Position numbers and translations under genes: made by a program
Notes under the pieces: generated by a model
Databases searched by the model: none
Told to the model about the DNA's origin: nothing
Seen by the model: only the letters and a program-made list of their open reading frames with translations
NCBI GenBank assembly: GCA_001179505.1
Contig: CDMY01000104.1
Location: forward strand, 1-64,000
Source: Vitrella brassicaformis CCMP3155
Lineage: Eukaryota; Protista; Chromerida
Direction of reading: 5' to 3'
Length of the DNA: 64,000 nucleotides
Shown: positions 61,303 to 64,000 of the stretch, one piece after another
Position numbering within the stretch: the stretch's first letter is position 1
How the letters are laid out: each line of letters starts with the position of its first letter

Positions 61303-61442
61303 GTCCCTGCGCTGGGGCGGTCGCGCGACAGATGACGCTCAGCGGATGTGCGCGGATTGCTAGTTGAAAACTACTCCAGTTCCGGTGGTTCCTGCCAAAA
61401 GGTATGGTTCCCAATTTTTGAGACAATCGGCCCTCAGGGGCT
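61303..61442 (+). ncRNA. U4: U4 snRNA
   Basis: 5' GTCCCTGCGCTGGGGC; central ATTGCTAGTTGAAAACT (U6 stem I region); Sm site AATTTTTG at 61413-61420; 3' hairpin. Confidence 0.88.
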
Positions 61443-61721
61443 AACAGATACATGTGTTCCACCACTCATGTGGCGTGATTCCGGCACGCCGTGTATGGTC
61501 ATGCAGACAAGTCATGAATCCGTCCGTCCAGGCAAGCAGGCAGGCAGGGCAGGCAGGCAACCGAAACACCAACGCGCACAACGGACAGGCAGGCAGAAAG
61601 GCAGCATCCACCCACTTACAGATAACACCACTCAACCACGGCACACGACAGCCAAGCACCTCCCCTCCCCCTTTCTCACCAATCAACCAACCCAAACTCG
61701 TCTCTCCATGCTACCTACACG

Positions 61722-62300
61722 TCAGTCCGCCAGTGGTTGTGTGTCGACACCCCCGCCTCTCTGGATGCCGCCTCTGCCGCGCATCATGCCGTCCCCGCCG
61801 CCCCGGTGGTTGCCCCCAGCTGCACTGTCCGCCGTCGAACGTGTGTTTGCGGGTGAGTGTGAGGGGCGGTCGTCTCCCGACCGCTCCCATGCGTCCTTGT
61901 CCGCCGACTGGTGCACGGTGCCGTCACGCTCCAGCGCTTTGAGCACGCTCACCATGCGAGTCCCTGACGCACACACACACACACACACGCGGTCAGGTCA
62001 GGTCAGGTCAGGTCAGGCCTGGCCAGGCTACGTCAATGACACACATGCGTGGTCGAGTGCATGTTGTGTGTGTACGTGTTGCTCGCGCTTCATGTTACTG
62101 AACTGGATGCCGAGTCAGCACACGTACCATATTGGGGCTGGCAGCCCCTCTGGTCCTTTGGCCACACTGAAGGGAGCACTGCTGCTGCTGCTGCAACGGC
62201 CGCTGCGGCAGATGCATGATGGGCGGGGGGGTGAAGGGCGGGAGCTTGTGCTGCCTGTCAGCCCCGCACATTGGCAGTGGCGGCGGTTAGGGGAGATTGG
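61722..62300 (-). CDS. Possible 3' exons of a hypothetical gene (polyQ/Gly-rich); structure unresolved
   Basis: Exon-like frames MCGADRQHKLPPF..QQQQQ and MVSVLKALERDGTV..GGGVDTQPLAD*, but phases could not be joined with confidence. Confidence 0.3.
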
Positions 62301-63647
62301 GGAGTGCCACGCGTAGACACGCCACCTGCAGGGCCAGACAAGGACACGCATCCATCCATCCATCAGCAGGCAGTGAGCCACCACCCGACCCGTCTGTGTG
62401 TCTGCGTACCATTAGAGAGGGCGATGAGGTGGCAGAAGCGCCAAGGATAGCTGGCAGATGCTTGCAACTCAAGGCACCCACACTAAGCCCACCCATCAGA
62501 CGCACACACGCGTAGTCTGTCGCTGCGGCAGGAGCCCAGCACAAAAACCTGCAGACACGACACGACACACGTGGATCCGGAAGACCTCCTGTCCCTGCCC
62601 GCCCGCCTGCCTGCCTGCCTGCCTGCCTTCTTGTCTGCCTGCCCACACCTGGAGATGCCTGTCGTCAGTGCTTAGCCAGCCACCACATTCATCCTACTTA
62701 CTCAACCCGGCTGCTCCGCGAGATGGAGAGAGAAAGATGCCATGACGCCCATCACCGTGCACGCGTCATGAGCGGCATGTGAGGGGCTGCAGGCAGGAAG
62801 CCGACTGGCTGTGTGTGGCCTCAACGAACTGCGTCACCAACAGATCTGATGTCCGGAGAAGGCAATACATTCAGTTTTTTGTGAGCATCTGCGCTTGCTG
62901 ACCGACTTGGGAAGACGAGATGCCATCGAGTGCTTGCGCAGATTTCAATCCTCCGAAAGCGAGCTTGGAAAAAAGAACGGTTTCACAGGGCCACAGCTCT
63001 GGCTTATTTTCCTCCCTCGGCGGTTTTCCTGCGTCACCACAGGCTCTGCCGCTCTTCCTGTACGTGAGCCTTTCCCCTTTTTCCCCGCTGCGTGTTCCCC
63101 GCCATGGCGCGCTAGCGATTTGTCGAGGGACAAGCCACAGTTTTCTGATTTGGTGAGCTCGGCCCCTACCGGACGAAAGGAAGCGGTCATCAGAGGTCCG
63201 ACGTACGTACGCACACCCACGACTGAGAGATCTGACGGGTGAGCCCAAAAGGGAGGGTCGATCGAGGAAGCGGAGGCGGGAGGGGGCCACAGGGGTAGAT
63301 CTAGGCAGAGGGGGTGGGTGTGAGGGGCGGGGAGGGCTGGGGAGGCGTGTGGGTGCGTGTGCGTGACGACCGGAGCGAGATGTTGTGTCTATCTCTGTGT
63401 GGTTTTCGGTGTGGGTAGGTACCTAGGTATACTGGTGTGGGTATCCCTTTCGCATCAAGGTAGCGAAGCTGAAGGCTTCACGGGGCGTCCGCTCGACGGT
63501 ACGCACATTCCGCTCACGACCAGACGACACGTGTTCGTTGACAAATGTGGCCTGCTTGTCTGTGTCTGTCTGTCGCCTCTGTCAGGTTAGGAGGGTCAGT
63601 AGTTGCAGCTCGTCGCGCCTTGCCGCGCTCCCAGTAGCTCCCCAGCC

Positions 63648-64000
63648 ATGCCGAAGGAGCACATCCTGATAGAGCGCTATGCCAAGACGAAGCTGTGTCC
63701 CTTCCAGCCGCAGGGCAAGTGCAAGAAGGGAGACAAATGCAAATACGCCCACAGCACCGACGAACTCAGACCCATGCCCGGTGCGTGGCTGGACCTGACT
63801 GACCTGGAACACAACACAACACAACACAACACAAAGCACAACACGCCATACCACAGCCAGACAGACGGAGCGATGGATGGATGGATGTGCCTCTCTCTCT
63901 CTCTCTCTGTGTATGTGTGTGTGTGTGTGTGTGTGTGGTGATGGATCCGTCAGATCTGCGCAAGACCAAGATGTGTGTCCGTTTCATGGAGGGCGGCTGC
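63648..64000 (+). CDS. CCCH zinc-finger protein, 5' part (runs off the window)
   Basis: YAKTKLCPFQPQGKCKKGDKCKYAHSTDELR, then an intron, then DLRKTKMCVRFMEGGC. Confidence 0.9.

Noticed and set aside
62830-63250. Possible Pol III ncRNA (T6 run at ~62875) or U6/tRNA
   Set aside because: No U6 ACAGAGA box, no tRNA A/B boxes and no copy of the snRNA element; probably promoter/5' UTR DNA.
95-63987. Most short ORFs in the six-frame track rich in HT/CV/RQTD/SVCL
   Set aside because: These are translations of intronic (CA), (TG), (CAGA) and (TCTG) microsatellites or antisense shadows of real exons.

Overview
This window is the left end of a eukaryotic chromosome or scaffold. It starts in telomeric repeats and continues through GC-rich, gene-dense DNA whose many short introns are filled with (CA)/(TG), (CAGA)/(TCTG), (GGAT) and (GA) microsatellites. 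Intron style, the TTTAGGG/CTTAGGG telomere, apicomplexan-like snRNAs and a lineage-expanded ankyrin-like family point to a chromerid alveolate, most likely Vitrella brassicaformis (inference). About 20 protein genes can be recognised: thioredoxin/PDI-like CXXS proteins, an SLC25A39/40-like carrier, a dynamin/EHD-like GTPase, CEP131, a KCTD-like BTB protein, cytochrome b561, LZTR1-like Kelch-BTB, a kinesin, a CNBD K+ channel, a DHHC-type enzyme, Derlin and a CCCH protein. A U2-U1-U5-U4 snRNA cluster shares a fixed-distance upstream element. The most striking result is a gene split into many micro-exons (minus strand, ~21.8-25.9 kb) that splices into an ETR1-type ethylene-binding transmembrane domain fused to a cytoplasmic tail with no visible histidine kinase. 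All exon models were spliced by hand, so boundaries are approximate unless stated otherwise.
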